Shown here one piece after another: positions 1-10,500 of a stretch of DNA of 64,000 nt. Source of the DNA: Bacteroidota bacterium (GTDB taxonomy: Bacteria > Bacteroidota > Bacteroidia > Bacteroidales > UBA12077). Position numbers and translations under genes: made by a program. Location: NCBI GenBank assembly GCA_020444275.1, contig JAHLLG010000002.1, positions 404,266 through 468,265 on the forward strand, in the 5' to 3' direction. The notes beneath the pieces were generated by a model. It was given only the letters and a program-made list of their open reading frames with translations. It made no database searches and was not told the DNA's origin. The stretch's first letter is position 1. Every line of letters begins with the position of its first letter.

Positions 1-343
1 CAACACAAAAATTAACACTATTTAATGGCACTTTGGAGTGTAAATTCTTGAATTATTCTATCTACCAGGGAAGCAAAAAAAGCAAAAAATAACAGTCCAA
101 ACATTCGTTTATATAAGAAAAAACTGCGTTCATGAACTATTTTGATACGCTTAAAAAATAATTTTTGATACCAATCTTTTCTTGTTTACTTTTAATGGAG
201 AAAAATAGTATTAATTTGTCTGTTCAAGTTAGTAGTTTATGTTGGTTAAATATTAATTGAACCAATTTGTTATATAATTTGTTTTAAGTCGAAAAAAGTT
301 ATAAATTTATACAACTTGATAAGATATAAACTGTAAAGCCCTT

Positions 344-889
344 ATGAGCTTTAATATTGACGAGCGTTATAAAAAAATGAATAAAGGGGAGGTGCTTCTT
401 GCTTATAAAGGAAGTATAACTGCTGAACTTATTACTAACGTTTTAGGTGTAGTTGAGTCGAAACTCGATCATGTTATATCTAAATCAATTACAAAAAAGA
501 AAATATATAATATACTCGTTGAAAGTTTGCAAAATTTGTATCATCATGTTGACGACTTGCCTGATGAAATAAACGAAGGAATGGATATTCATTTTGGAAT
601 ATTTGTTATTTCCAAAGTAGATGAACAGTATGTGATTAGAACCGGAAATTTTTTAAAAAACGATAAGGTTAAGAAATTAAAGGAACGACTAGATAAAATT
701 AAATCATTATCAAAGGATGAATTAAAAGAGTTATATAAATTTGTACTCAATAATCAAAAGTTCTCAGATAAGGGTGGTGGCGGACTTGGCCTAATAGATA
801 TTGCAAGGAGAACGGATGGTAGAGTTGATTATGAGTTTGACGAATTTGACGATAATTACTCATTCTTTAACCTAAATATTACAATTTAG
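344..889 (+). CDS. SiaB-family / RsbW-SpoIIAB-like small serine-threonine protein kinase (GHKL ATPase fold)
   Basis: 181-aa ORF. It has a C-terminal GHKL G-box-like 'DKGGGGLGLIDIARR' and the size of an anti-sigma-type kinase. A DUF1987/SiaC-like gene follows 33 nt downstream. Confidence 0.6.
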   Translation: MSFNIDERYKKMNKGEVLLAYKGSITAELITNVLGVVESKLDHVISKSITKKKIYNILVESLQNLYHHVDDLPDEINEGMDIHFGIFVISKVDEQYVIRTGNFLKNDKVKKLKERLDKIKSLSKDELKELYKFVLNNQKFSDKGGGGLGLIDIARRTDGRVDYEFDEFDDNYSFFNLNITI

Positions 890-922
890 AACTAAAATAA
901 AAACTTAAAATAAAGCAATAAT

Positions 923-1303
923 ATGGAATCAATTTCAATTGAAGGAACTCCAAAAACTCCAACTGTAAATTTTGATGCCGCAACAGGGATAGTAGAAATT
1001 AAGGGAAGATCAATTCCTGAAAACTCAATTGAGTTTTATCGTCCGCTGGTTGAATGGTTAGAAGAATATTCAAAAGAACCACAAAAACTAACAACGGTTA
1101 ATATACAATTAGAGTATTTTAACACGAGTTCGTCAAAATGTATTTTGGATGTTTTCAAAAAGCTTGAGGCAATTAAAAAAGCCAGAAATGAGGTAGTTAT
1201 TAATTGGTATTACGAAGAGGATGATGAAGACATGCTTGAAGCAGGTGAAGATTATGAATCTATCATTCGTATTCCTTTTAAAATGATAGAGGTAGTTGAT
1301 TAA
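923..1303 (+). CDS. SiaC-family regulatory phosphoprotein (DUF1987)
   Basis: 126-aa ORF. Motifs 'IEGTPKTPTV', 'IPENSIEFYRPLVEWLEEY' and 'YFNTSSSK' match what I recall of P. aeruginosa SiaC/DUF1987. The acidic C-terminal half is also consistent. Confidence 0.65.
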   Translation: MESISIEGTPKTPTVNFDAATGIVEIKGRSIPENSIEFYRPLVEWLEEYSKEPQKLTTVNIQLEYFNTSSSKCILDVFKKLEAIKKARNEVVINWYYEEDDEDMLEAGEDYESIIRIPFKMIEVVD

Positions 1304-1382
1304 GTTTTAATTTTGAGTTAAGTTAAGCTTATTTTGTTTTTGAATTACCGAAAATTCAAAAAGACTTGGACATATAAAAAAT

Positions 1383-1401
1383 ACCCAACACACTGTTGGG
1401 T
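1383..1401. terminator. Bidirectional rho-independent terminator between convergent genes
   Basis: Hairpin ACCCAAC-ACACT-GTTGGGT. It is flanked by an A-run upstream and ATTTTCTTTT downstream, and sits between the + gene ending at 1303 and the - gene ending at 1410. Confidence 0.6.
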
Positions 1402-1409
1402 ATTTTCTT

Positions 1410-4400
1410 TTATTCTTTTTTAAATCTTTGTTGTTCAAAAATGTCTAATGCTTTCTTCAGTAACCTGTATCGCAATACAAACCATAACAGTATACTCATA
1501 GCCCAAATTACAAATATATTAACCCAGAATGTGCTATAATAGTTACCTAAGAATTGCTTGCGTGGTGCATAAAAATGTGCTTTGATAAACTTATTTCTCG
1601 GATCAAGAAATACCGGATCTATTTTCTGGAATAGTTCTCCATTATATTCAATAATCCGGTTAATTTCGTTAGAATTTCTTACCAGCTCTGCTAAATTTTC
1701 ATTAAAATGTTCACGCTTTAGTTTCATAAACTTTTCACGATCTTCTTCGGTTTTTTGTAAGTCGGAGATATGATTGTCTTTTAAGCTATTAGCTTTATTG
1801 TATAGTTTTATATAATACTTATTAAGAATGTCAAAGTATTGTTTTAGAGCTTGAATGGTCTCTTTATTTATTTTATCGTAATATAAGTTATCGTAATATT
1901 TAAATTTGACAATGCGTCCTGATTCCGATTCAAGCTCTTTTCTAATTTCATTTCGCAACAACTCTAAATTTTCCTTTAAGTCATCCAATCTTTCTTCATT
2001 ATCGAAATTACGTTCAATAAAAGCCACTTTATTATTGAGTGTTCGTATCCAATAATTTTTCTTAAAATCGGAAATACTCATAGCCTTGTCATATGCATAG
2101 ATGGGTTCTTCGTATTTGTTTTCTTTATACTGATATACAGCTAATGCTTCGTAAGCCCAACGTGCTGTAATAATTTCTCCATAAAATGGAATATCGCGAG
2201 GATTAGAAATATTAGGATTTAATTTCTCAAATTTAACAATAATACCACTTAAGATTAGCTGAGGAATAATTAAAAACGGAATTAAAATATAGATGGTTAT
2301 TACGGTTTTGAAACTGTCTGAAATAACTAAACCAAGAATATTTGAGAAACACCATGCACTAAATAGTACCAACCAGTACTCAAAATACATACCCTTTATT
2401 TCCATTATGGAGTTTCCAATAATCACAAACAAGAACGACTGAATAGCCGATAAAGTAAATTGAACAGCTACTTTAGAGAAAAGATAACTTGTCCAGCTTA
2501 AATTTAAGAATTTTTCCCGTTTTAAAATTTTCCTGTCTTTAATGATTTCTTCGGCACTAACTGTTAAACCAATAAATAGAGCTACAATTACCGACATAAA
2601 GATGTATACCGGTAAATTGCTATTCTCAATTAATGTATAACCTACCTGGTTGCCAACGTTAATATTATAGTACTTAATGATGTAAGCCAATAGAAATGCC
2701 AGAAAAGGTGCTTCAAGAAAGTTAATTACAAGGTATTGTGTGTTAGCAAGTTTAGAAAGTACATCCCGCTTAACAAATACTAAAAACTGCTTTAGTTTAT
2801 TAGGTGTTTTGAACGAAATTTCAGGCACTTCTCTGTCTGGTGCTGGTGGTTTTGAAGTTTGATCTTTATCCTGCTCTTTTTGATACTCAAAACTACTTCG
2901 CCACTCAGAAGGAGAAATTTTTCTTTCGCTGGTAAAGTTACCGTACTCATCAAGTACCTTGGTTTCAATAATGTTAAAAATCTGTTCCGGATTTACATTA
3001 CCGCAACAGTGGCATTCACTCTCGCTCCAGTTGGCATGTTGTATACTTGACTTAAAGTATATAATAGAATCAATTGGATCGCCATTGTAAATAAGATATC
3101 CCCCATTATCAAGAATAAGCAGCTTATCGAACATTTTAAAAATATCGGATGATGGCTGATGTATAACAACAAAAACCAACTTACCTTTTAAAGTTAGTTC
3201 TTTAAGCAAGTCCATGATATTTTCTGAATCTCTCGATGATAGCCCTGATGTTGGCTCATCAAGAAAAAGAACAGCAGGTTCTCTTATTAATTCAAGTGCA
3301 ATGTTAAGCCTCTTTCGTTGTCCTCCACTAATCTTTTTATTTAAGGGACTACCAACTTCAATATCTCTAATCTCATACAAACCAAGATTTTCTAACACAT
3401 CGAGCACAGCTTCCTGCAATTCTTCTTCTGTATAATTATCGAAGCATAACTTGGCATTATAATAGAGGTTTTGATAAACAGTAAGCTCCTCAATAAGCAG
3501 ATCATCTTGCGAAACGTGTCCAATTAGACCTTCAATTTTTTCTTTTTCAGTATGAATATTTATTCCATTAATCAAAACTTCACCCGATGTAGGAGGAGAG
3601 CTACCGTTTAAAACATTAAGCAATGTGGATTTTCCTGCTCCGCTGGCACCCATAATTCCAACGAGCTTCCCCGATTCTTCGGTAAAACTCATCGTATTTA
3701 AACCAATTGCACCTGTTCTGAATTTATAGCCAATTTCTCTTGCATCAAAAACAATTCGTGTTTTTATCCGGTCAACATTATATTGACTAATAATATCACC
3801 GTAATAAATTGGCTTGATCTTAGGGTTTCTTATGGATGCTCCATTGTTAAGGACATATACCTTTTCTTGTTCAAGTAACTGACCGTTTAAATAAAGTTCA
3901 CTTTTCCCAATGTATTTGATATAATACATGTTAGCCGAAGTCACTTCCAGCACTCTTAACTGTCCAACCAACGAAGTGTTTAACATGTGGTACACATTCT
4001 CGTTATCGAAATTCTCGTTGTTATCAATAACAAGCAGCTTTTTGGTATCCGGAAGTTTATCTTCGCCGAAGAATACAAAATCTTCAAGTTCTTGATATTC
4101 TTCCTGTTGAATATAGAAGCTATCGGCCACAGTTGTTATGAAAGCCATTTCCTGGTCGGTTATTTCACCACCGGATTTTACAAACTCAAGTAACTGAACC
4201 AACACAACATTTTTTTGTCGTTGCGTAAGTTCTTCATTAATTTGAGTGCAAATTTTTAGAACCCTTACAGAACTGGACGAGAAGCGCTTTTTTCGCTTAC
4301 TCTTTTCGCTCAGTTTTTCCTGATGAACTGTGTAGTAATCATCAAAAACCTTTAGATATGTTTTTACAGTTTCCTGATTAAGTTGTCTTTTAAGAAACGA

Positions 4401-4493
4401 TTCAACAATTGCTCTGCGATCTTTGGCATCACTTGTTGGATGTGCAATAATAGCAAAAAGTTGCATTAATGCTTTTAAAATCTGTTCACTCAT
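1410..4493 (-). CDS. ABC transporter ATP-binding/permease fusion (ABCG-like half transporter) with long N- and C-terminal extensions
   Basis: 1027 aa. Walker A is 'GASGAGKSTLLN', the ABC signature is 'SGGQRKRLNIALEL' and Walker B is 'LFLDEPTSGL'. A multi-TM ABC-2-type region follows, then a roughly 200-aa Lys/Glu-rich predicted coiled coil and a terminal TM helix. The N-terminus has a helical domain plus a weak FHA-like segment ('LYLNGQLL...VLNNGASIRN'). Confidence 0.8.
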   Translation of the reverse strand: MSEQILKALMQLFAIIAHPTSDAKDRRAIVESFLKRQLNQETVKTYLKVFDDYYTVHQEKLSEKSKRKKRFSSSSVRVLKICTQINEELTQRQKNVVLVQLLEFVKSGGEITDQEMAFITTVADSFYIQQEEYQELEDFVFFGEDKLPDTKKLLVIDNNENFDNENVYHMLNTSLVGQLRVLEVTSANMYYIKYIGKSELYLNGQLLEQEKVYVLNNGASIRNPKIKPIYYGDIISQYNVDRIKTRIVFDAREIGYKFRTGAIGLNTMSFTEESGKLVGIMGASGAGKSTLLNVLNGSSPPTSGEVLINGINIHTEKEKIEGLIGHVSQDDLLIEELTVYQNLYYNAKLCFDNYTEEELQEAVLDVLENLGLYEIRDIEVGSPLNKKISGGQRKRLNIALELIREPAVLFLDEPTSGLSSRDSENIMDLLKELTLKGKLVFVVIHQPSSDIFKMFDKLLILDNGGYLIYNGDPIDSIIYFKSSIQHANWSESECHCCGNVNPEQIFNIIETKVLDEYGNFTSERKISPSEWRSSFEYQKEQDKDQTSKPPAPDREVPEISFKTPNKLKQFLVFVKRDVLSKLANTQYLVINFLEAPFLAFLLAYIIKYYNINVGNQVGYTLIENSNLPVYIFMSVIVALFIGLTVSAEEIIKDRKILKREKFLNLSWTSYLFSKVAVQFTLSAIQSFLFVIIGNSIMEIKGMYFEYWLVLFSAWCFSNILGLVISDSFKTVITIYILIPFLIIPQLILSGIIVKFEKLNPNISNPRDIPFYGEIITARWAYEALAVYQYKENKYEEPIYAYDKAMSISDFKKNYWIRTLNNKVAFIERNFDNEERLDDLKENLELLRNEIRKELESESGRIVKFKYYDNLYYDKINKETIQALKQYFDILNKYYIKLYNKANSLKDNHISDLQKTEEDREKFMKLKREHFNENLAELVRNSNEINRIIEYNGELFQKIDPVFLDPRNKFIKAHFYAPRKQFLGNYYSTFWVNIFVIWAMSILLWFVLRYRLLKKALDIFEQQRFKKE

Positions 4494-4544
4494 AGGATTC
4501 TATTTGTAAGGAACACGGATATGTTGATATACACGAAAATACGA

Positions 4545-4970
4545 TTATTTTTCTTTAAAACCAATTAACAACATTACTTCATCTGTTAATTGTTCGTTGG
4601 TATCAAATTCAAGTTCTATTATACAATCAATTGTCGATGTAAATGTAAAGTTCCAGTAAGGAGTGTAGTCATGTTCTGAGTTGCAGAAAAGGAGATTTTT
4701 TTCTGTATCGTATAACGACATGATTAAAGGGTACTTTTCTGTATCACTGCATGCAATAAGTCTGTATTGGCTTCCACCATAAAATGTAGTGTAAAATTTG
4801 GCCCTATTGTTTTCATCTGGTTTCGCTATATATTCTTGTCCGTCTGATACAAATCCGGATCCCAGGTAATTATCGCAATTTTTTATGGAGTTTTCCTGTG
4901 AATATGCCGTGCCTATTAGAATGCAACTGATAAGTAGTAAAAATATATATTTTAGGTTAGAGCTATTCAT
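4545..4970 (-). CDS. Hypothetical exported protein
   Basis: 141-aa ORF with an N-terminal hydrophobic signal-like segment 'IFLLLISCILIGTAYSQ'. It is tightly packed between the neighbouring minus-strand genes. No recognisable motif. Confidence 0.5.
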   Translation of the reverse strand: MNSSNLKYIFLLLISCILIGTAYSQENSIKNCDNYLGSGFVSDGQEYIAKPDENNRAKFYTTFYGGSQYRLIACSDTEKYPLIMSLYDTEKNLLFCNSEHDYTPYWNFTFTSTIDCIIELEFDTNEQLTDEVMLLIGFKEK

Positions 4971-4979
4971 AATAAGTTG

Positions 4980-5882
4980 TTAATAAATAATATTATTTCT
5001 GATAGATGAGATTTTATTAGCTATGGTTTTTAAATGATATTCGGATATGATCACATTCGATTTACTTTTTATCAGTGTATGTTTTCTTTCAGGATTTATT
5101 TCAGGTTCTTCGTACGTGTAGCTATAGATAATTCCATCAAATTCATAAGCTAAATCAACTAAGCTATCAATTAGGTCAGAGAACTCTTCAGACTGATAGT
5201 AGTAAGGAGATAAAATTTCAATAAGATTATCTAAAGGATGCTTCTGTTCTCCCAAACGATTAATTAGTTGTCTGTTTTTGCTGTTAACGGCACTATGCGA
5301 GAGAATGTATAAGCTTTCTATCCATCCTCCGGTAATAATTAAAACACCGATATCTTTTCTGTTGTTCTTTTTTAAATACGAATCAAATTGTCTGTATGTG
5401 CCTGTTAGATAATATAGAAGAGAATCTTCATTATCAATATTATTTTCTATTTTATCAATAATCTCAACCTGCAAGGCGTCATCAATTCCCAATTCCTGAC
5501 TTAACTTCTTAATTACGGTAAAATATGATATCACATCCGGGATTTGATCGTAAACGTTTAAATAACCTAAATCAGTTCCATAAATACCTAAATTAACTGC
5601 TTGCTGGAAATTGGTTGTGTAATTCGATACGTTGTTTACCGGATTAAGTAATGTTTTATTGAACTCAATATTACTGTTTTTAATGGAATATGTTGCCTGG
5701 TAAGGCGAGGGTAATGTAAAAAGTGTATTATTTATTTTCAGCAGAACGGTTGATGTATCAATTTCTCGCAGTGGAACGGTATCGGCTTCGGTCTCCTTTT
5801 CTGTTTGTTGTTTACATGAAACAGAAGCAGTGAAAATAATAAAAACAAAAAGTAGTTGTATAGAAGGTATCTTTTTTAACAT
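4980..5882 (-). CDS. Hypothetical lipoprotein
   Basis: 300-aa ORF. Signal peptide with a lipobox-like 'FTASVSC'. It is the first gene of the 5882->1410 co-directional set. Confidence 0.55.
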   Translation of the reverse strand: MLKKIPSIQLLFVFIIFTASVSCKQQTEKETEADTVPLREIDTSTVLLKINNTLFTLPSPYQATYSIKNSNIEFNKTLLNPVNNVSNYTTNFQQAVNLGIYGTDLGYLNVYDQIPDVISYFTVIKKLSQELGIDDALQVEIIDKIENNIDNEDSLLYYLTGTYRQFDSYLKKNNRKDIGVLIITGGWIESLYILSHSAVNSKNRQLINRLGEQKHPLDNLIEILSPYYYQSEEFSDLIDSLVDLAYEFDGIIYSYTYEEPEINPERKHTLIKSKSNVIISEYHLKTIANKISSIRNNIIY

Positions 5883-6053
5883 CTAAAACAGTGTTACTAT
5901 AGTAATATTACTAGATATCAAATATACGAAGATTAATGTATTGCCATAAACCATAGCCTATAAAATTTGCTAAATAAGTAGTTTTAGTTGATAAAATATC
6001 TGTTTTGGCTGATTAGAATTAAACTTTCTATATACTGTGGACTAAAAATAGAT

Positions 6054-6061
6054 TATTTTTG
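6054..6061 (+). promoter_or_regulatory. Candidate Bacteroidetes -7 promoter box (TAnnTTTG)
   Basis: 'TATTTTTG' lies 21-28 nt upstream of the MATE start codon and fits the published Bacteroides sigma-A -7 consensus. Single-motif evidence only. Confidence 0.25.
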
Positions 6062-6081
6062 TGAGCTGATTTAGAAAAAGG

Positions 6082-7419
6082 ATGAGTTTTTATACGACAG
6101 TTACATATAAAGAAATCTGGAAAATTGCTTACCCGATTATTTTGGGTAGTATTGTTCAGAATATTATTAGTGTTACCGATACTGCATTTTTAGGCAGAGT
6201 TGGTGAAATAGAACTGGGTGCTGCTGCAATTGGTGGGGTATTTTATCTTACTCTGATTATGTTAGGATTTGGATTTTCAATTGGTGCTCAAATAATTGTA
6301 GCCCGACGTTTTGGTGAGAACAGGAATCATGAAATCGGAATTATTATTGAGCATTCGCACTATTTTTTGGTATTTCTTGCGTTGCTTCTTATTACCCTTA
6401 TGAAAATACTAATGCCATTTATTTTTGAGCATATTCTGGAATCTGATGAGATACGGGTGGCTACAAAAGAGTATTTAAATTATCGTATTCTGGGTTTGTT
6501 ATTTGCATGTGTAAATTTTGGTTTTAGAGCATTTTACATAGGAGTTGCAAAAACAAAAGTAATTACCTGGACTACAGTGTTTATGGCATTAACTAATGTG
6601 TTTTTCGACTATGTGCTCATTTTTGGGAATTTAGGATTTAAAGAGTATGGAATAGCTGGTGCAGCTATTGCATCTGTTATTGCTGAAATAGCAGCCTGCA
6701 TATTTTTTATTTTATATACCATAAAATTTATTGATACCAGGTTTTATGGTTTATTTCAATACACACGGTTTAGTTTCTCGCTGCTTAAAAGAATTCTTAC
6801 AGTATCACTTCCTATGATGTTGCAGAATTTTATCTCATTTACCGGGTGGTTTTTTTTCTTTTTATTTGTAGAGAAAATGGGTGAGCGTTCTTTGGCCATA
6901 TCGAATGTTATCAGAAGCATTTATGTTGTTATGCTAATTCCTATCTGGGGATTCACTTCTGCTTCAAATACATTAGTTAGTTTTGTTATAGGACGAGGAA
7001 GAACTAATGAGGTGATGGCTGTTGTATTTAAAATCTTAAAATTATGTCTGATAGGTGTGCTAGCATTAGTACTTATCAATATATCTATTCCGGAAAAAGT
7101 TATTTCAATTTATACTAATAATGTAAAATTAATACAGGATACCATACCAGCATTTTATGTAGTAAGTATTTCAGCTATATTTCTAACCATTGGATTTGTT
7201 CTTTTTAGTGGTGTTTCAGGAACAGGAATGACGAAAGTATCATTTGCCATTGAAACAGTAGTTATTATCATGTATGTATTGATAACATACTTATTAGTGA
7301 ACATGAAGAATTCCTCGATTGAAAAGGTGTGGATGGTAGAAGTGTTTTATGGAATTATTATTGGTTTTTTATCTTTTATGTATTTAAAATTTGGGAAATG
7401 GCAGGATAGATCCATTTAA
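6082..7419 (+). CDS. MATE family efflux transporter
   Basis: 445 aa and about 12 hydrophobic segments. The N-terminus 'IWKIAYPIILGSIVQNIISVTDTAFLGRVGEIELGAAAIG' is typical of MATE/NorM proteins. Confidence 0.8.
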   Translation: MSFYTTVTYKEIWKIAYPIILGSIVQNIISVTDTAFLGRVGEIELGAAAIGGVFYLTLIMLGFGFSIGAQIIVARRFGENRNHEIGIIIEHSHYFLVFLALLLITLMKILMPFIFEHILESDEIRVATKEYLNYRILGLLFACVNFGFRAFYIGVAKTKVITWTTVFMALTNVFFDYVLIFGNLGFKEYGIAGAAIASVIAEIAACIFFILYTIKFIDTRFYGLFQYTRFSFSLLKRILTVSLPMMLQNFISFTGWFFFFLFVEKMGERSLAISNVIRSIYVVMLIPIWGFTSASNTLVSFVIGRGRTNEVMAVVFKILKLCLIGVLALVLINISIPEKVISIYTNNVKLIQDTIPAFYVVSISAIFLTIGFVLFSGVSGTGMTKVSFAIETVVIIMYVLITYLLVNMKNSSIEKVWMVEVFYGIIIGFLSFMYLKFGKWQDRSI

Positions 7420-7451
7420 TAGTATAAAAGTTATTATATTCAATACAGTAA

Positions 7452-7476
7452 AAAGGGGCTTAACAAAAGCCCCTTT
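7452..7476. terminator. Bidirectional rho-independent terminator
   Basis: AAAGGGGCT-TAACAAA-AGCCCCTTT hairpin between convergent genes (7419 + end and 7502 - end). Confidence 0.6.
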
Positions 7477-7501
7477 AATATTCTTTTAAACTGTTATGAG
7501 T

Positions 7502-10500
7502 TTACATTAAGCAAGGACCTTCATCAACTGCTCCATTACAGTTATCATCAACTCCATTATCGCAAATTTCAACAGCTGTAGGATTTACATTAATTGCACT
7601 ATCATCACAGTCAGCATCATTTGATACATATCCTTCAGGTTGCTCACAAGTAATTGCTATAGATACGTTAGAACCGTATCCATCTCCATCATTATCAACG
7701 AACCATGTTACACCATCCACAGGATTTTCGTCTATTGATCCATTACAATTATTGTCTTCACCATCGCAAATTTCATCACTATCAAAATTTATTGATGCAT
7801 CATTATCGTTGCAATCAAGGTCAGCAGTGTAACCATCACCATCTTTATCACATAAGCTTTCAGGTAGTACTGTGTGTATACAAGCTCCTGTTGCTGCGTC
7901 GCAAGCATCAGCAGTACAAGGGTCTCCATCATCGCAATTTACAGGTGTTCCAACACATAAACAATCTTCATTTATTTGATCATTTTCAGTACAAGAATTT
8001 CCATCATCACATGCAGCACCAACAATACATCCATCACATATATCGCCAATTCCATTTCCGTCAGAATCTAATTGATTAGGATTAAATTCCGTGGGGCAGT
8101 TGTCGTCTGCATCAATAATACCATCTCCATCTGAATCAATAATACAAGGTGTACAGTCGGGGCCACCGCAATCAACACCTGTTTCATTTCCGTTTTGAAT
8201 ACCATCAGTACATGAAGCTTCCATACAAATGCCATTAACACAAATGCCTGATTCACAATCGCTATTTACGTTACAGAGACTTGCGGTAGAACAAGGTTGA
8301 CAATCAGGACCACCGCAATCTACATCCGTTTCAGCACCGTTTATTATACCATCATTACAAGTTTCAGTATCTGATACACATATTCCACTTATACAGGTTC
8401 CCTCAGAACATTGCATACCATCTGGAGCTGTTTGACCATCACAATTATAATCTACTAAACTACATTCAGGTTCCGGAGCTCCCGGGTAAATCGATGGATT
8501 ATTATCGTCACAATCCATATCGGCAGAGTAACCATCACCATCTGCATCATCTTCGCAAGGACAATCTGACGGACATGTTTCACAGTTTTCACCTGCATCA
8601 CAAATTCCGTCACCACATACCTGATCTTCTTCTAGCTGACATGAAGAGTCACATCCATCACCAGAAGACAAATTGCCATCATCACATTCTTCACAATCTT
8701 CAACAATCCCATTTCCGCATTCGCAGGTACTTGTTTCATCACAAGCATCACCAATACCATCGTCATTTTCATCTTCTTGCATTGGATTATAAGTGTTCGG
8801 GCAATTATCTACTTCATTAGGTATGCCATCTTCATCGCTATCTTCATTACTTCCATCACATTCCGGTGTTCCAATGCAATCTCCATCGTCACAATCTACC
8901 AGGCCATCAGCATCATTGTCCATTCCGTCGGAGCAGTTTGTTTCAGAAGCAACTACTTCTATACAATCTCCATTCATACATATAAAACCAGGAAGGCAAT
9001 CGTCATCTGACTCGCACATTGTAATGGTTCCCTCATCGACTTCTCCATCGCAGTCATTGTCCATACCATCGGTAACTTCTGTTCCTTCTGGATTTACATC
9101 TGGATTATTATCATCACAATCTGAATCATTATTTACATAACCTTCTGGTTGAGTACAGGCCACAATAGTATTATAAGGATCTCCATAACCATCATAGTCC
9201 AAATCTGCAAACCATGTTAATGCATCTACAGCATCTTCATCAATTATTCCATTACAATTGTTATCTATATCATCACAAAATTCGTCCTGATCTGGATTTA
9301 CATTCATGTTTGTATCATCACAGTCGTTGCTAATGCTTACGTAACCTTCTGGTTGTGAACAAGCAAGTATTATTTGATCTGGATTACCGTAACCATCCTC
9401 GTCAGAATCCAGATACCAAGTTGTAATATCAACGGGATTATCATCAATTACGCCATTGCAATCATTATCCATTCCATCACAATATTCATCAACAGAAGGA
9501 TTAATTGATTCGTTTTCATCATCACAGTCATCAGAATTTGTTACATATCCTTCACCAGCATTACAACTTACGATATAATTCTCGGCATTTCCATATCCAT
9601 CATTATCTGAATCTAAATACCAGGTTTGCATGTCTATGGCATCTTCATCTATTTCATTATCACAATCATTATCCATATTATCACAAATCTCATCAGCACT
9701 CGGATATGAATTGCTATTGCTGTCGTCACAGTCATCAGGATTTGTTGTATATCCCTCAGGGGCTTCAGGTGCATAAACTGCTTTATATTTATCACCGTAA
9801 CCATCCTGGTCCTGGTCACCCCAATAAAAATTAAAAGAAGGAGTATTGATTAAACTGTTATAATCACCATCAAAATCATCAGTATTATCTAAATCCAGAT
9901 TTTCAGGAACATCTTTTAGATCCATAAAACTGCCGCTAAAATCATTTGTTGAGTCTGTATCCAAATGAATAGGAGTATTTTGTAGACTTTGAAAGTCCCC
10001 ATCAAAATCATCAGTATTATCTAAATCCAAATTCTCAGGTATATCTTTTAGATCCATAAAACTACCGCTAAAATCATTTGTTGAGTCAGTATCTAAATGA
10101 ATAGGAATGTTTTGTAGATTTTGAAAGTCCCCATCAAAATCGTCAGTATTATCTAAATCCAGGTTTTCTGGGACATTATTAAGATCATTAAAATTACCGC
10201 TAAAAGTATTTCCAGCCATATTAGCATAGAAAGCATAAGGTACACTTAAAATTTGATTGGTTCCTACATGATCTCCATCAATTTTTACTGAAATGAAATA
10301 CGGAACATTTGACCAGTCAATGCTTTGGAAGCTAGTTGTTTCGATTGAACCAATAATTAAATTAATGATCCCATTGGATCCTGTATTTACTTCATGTGTT
10401 TCTTTGAAAATACTACTTCCTGACACAGAGCCTTGTAAGATAGAGATTTCAACTTCAATATCTTCATTTATTTTTAGTTGCCCGTCTGAGCTTCTTGTTA

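Noticed and set aside
1-133. Short minus-strand ORF starting at ATG 133 (about 23 codons) at the window edge
   Set aside because: It terminates after about 23 codons (MNAVFSYINECLDCYFLLFLLPW*) and has no motif. It is most likely non-coding upstream DNA of the SiaB-like gene.
7705-9834. Several 77-124-aa + strand ORFs (7705..8079, 8494..8820, 8777..9010, 8793..9140, 9505..9834), some strikingly His-rich
   Set aside because: They lie antisense, entirely within the 1032-aa minus-strand gene. The His, Leu and Gln richness is the mirror image of the Asp/Cys/Asn codon repeats. They have no independent start context or motif.
9842-10204. Regular 132-nt periodicity that could superficially suggest a CRISPR-like or satellite array
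   Set aside because: The units are contiguous with no unique spacers. They are in frame within a long ORF and encode a coherent 44-aa peptide repeat, so this is a coding tandem repeat.
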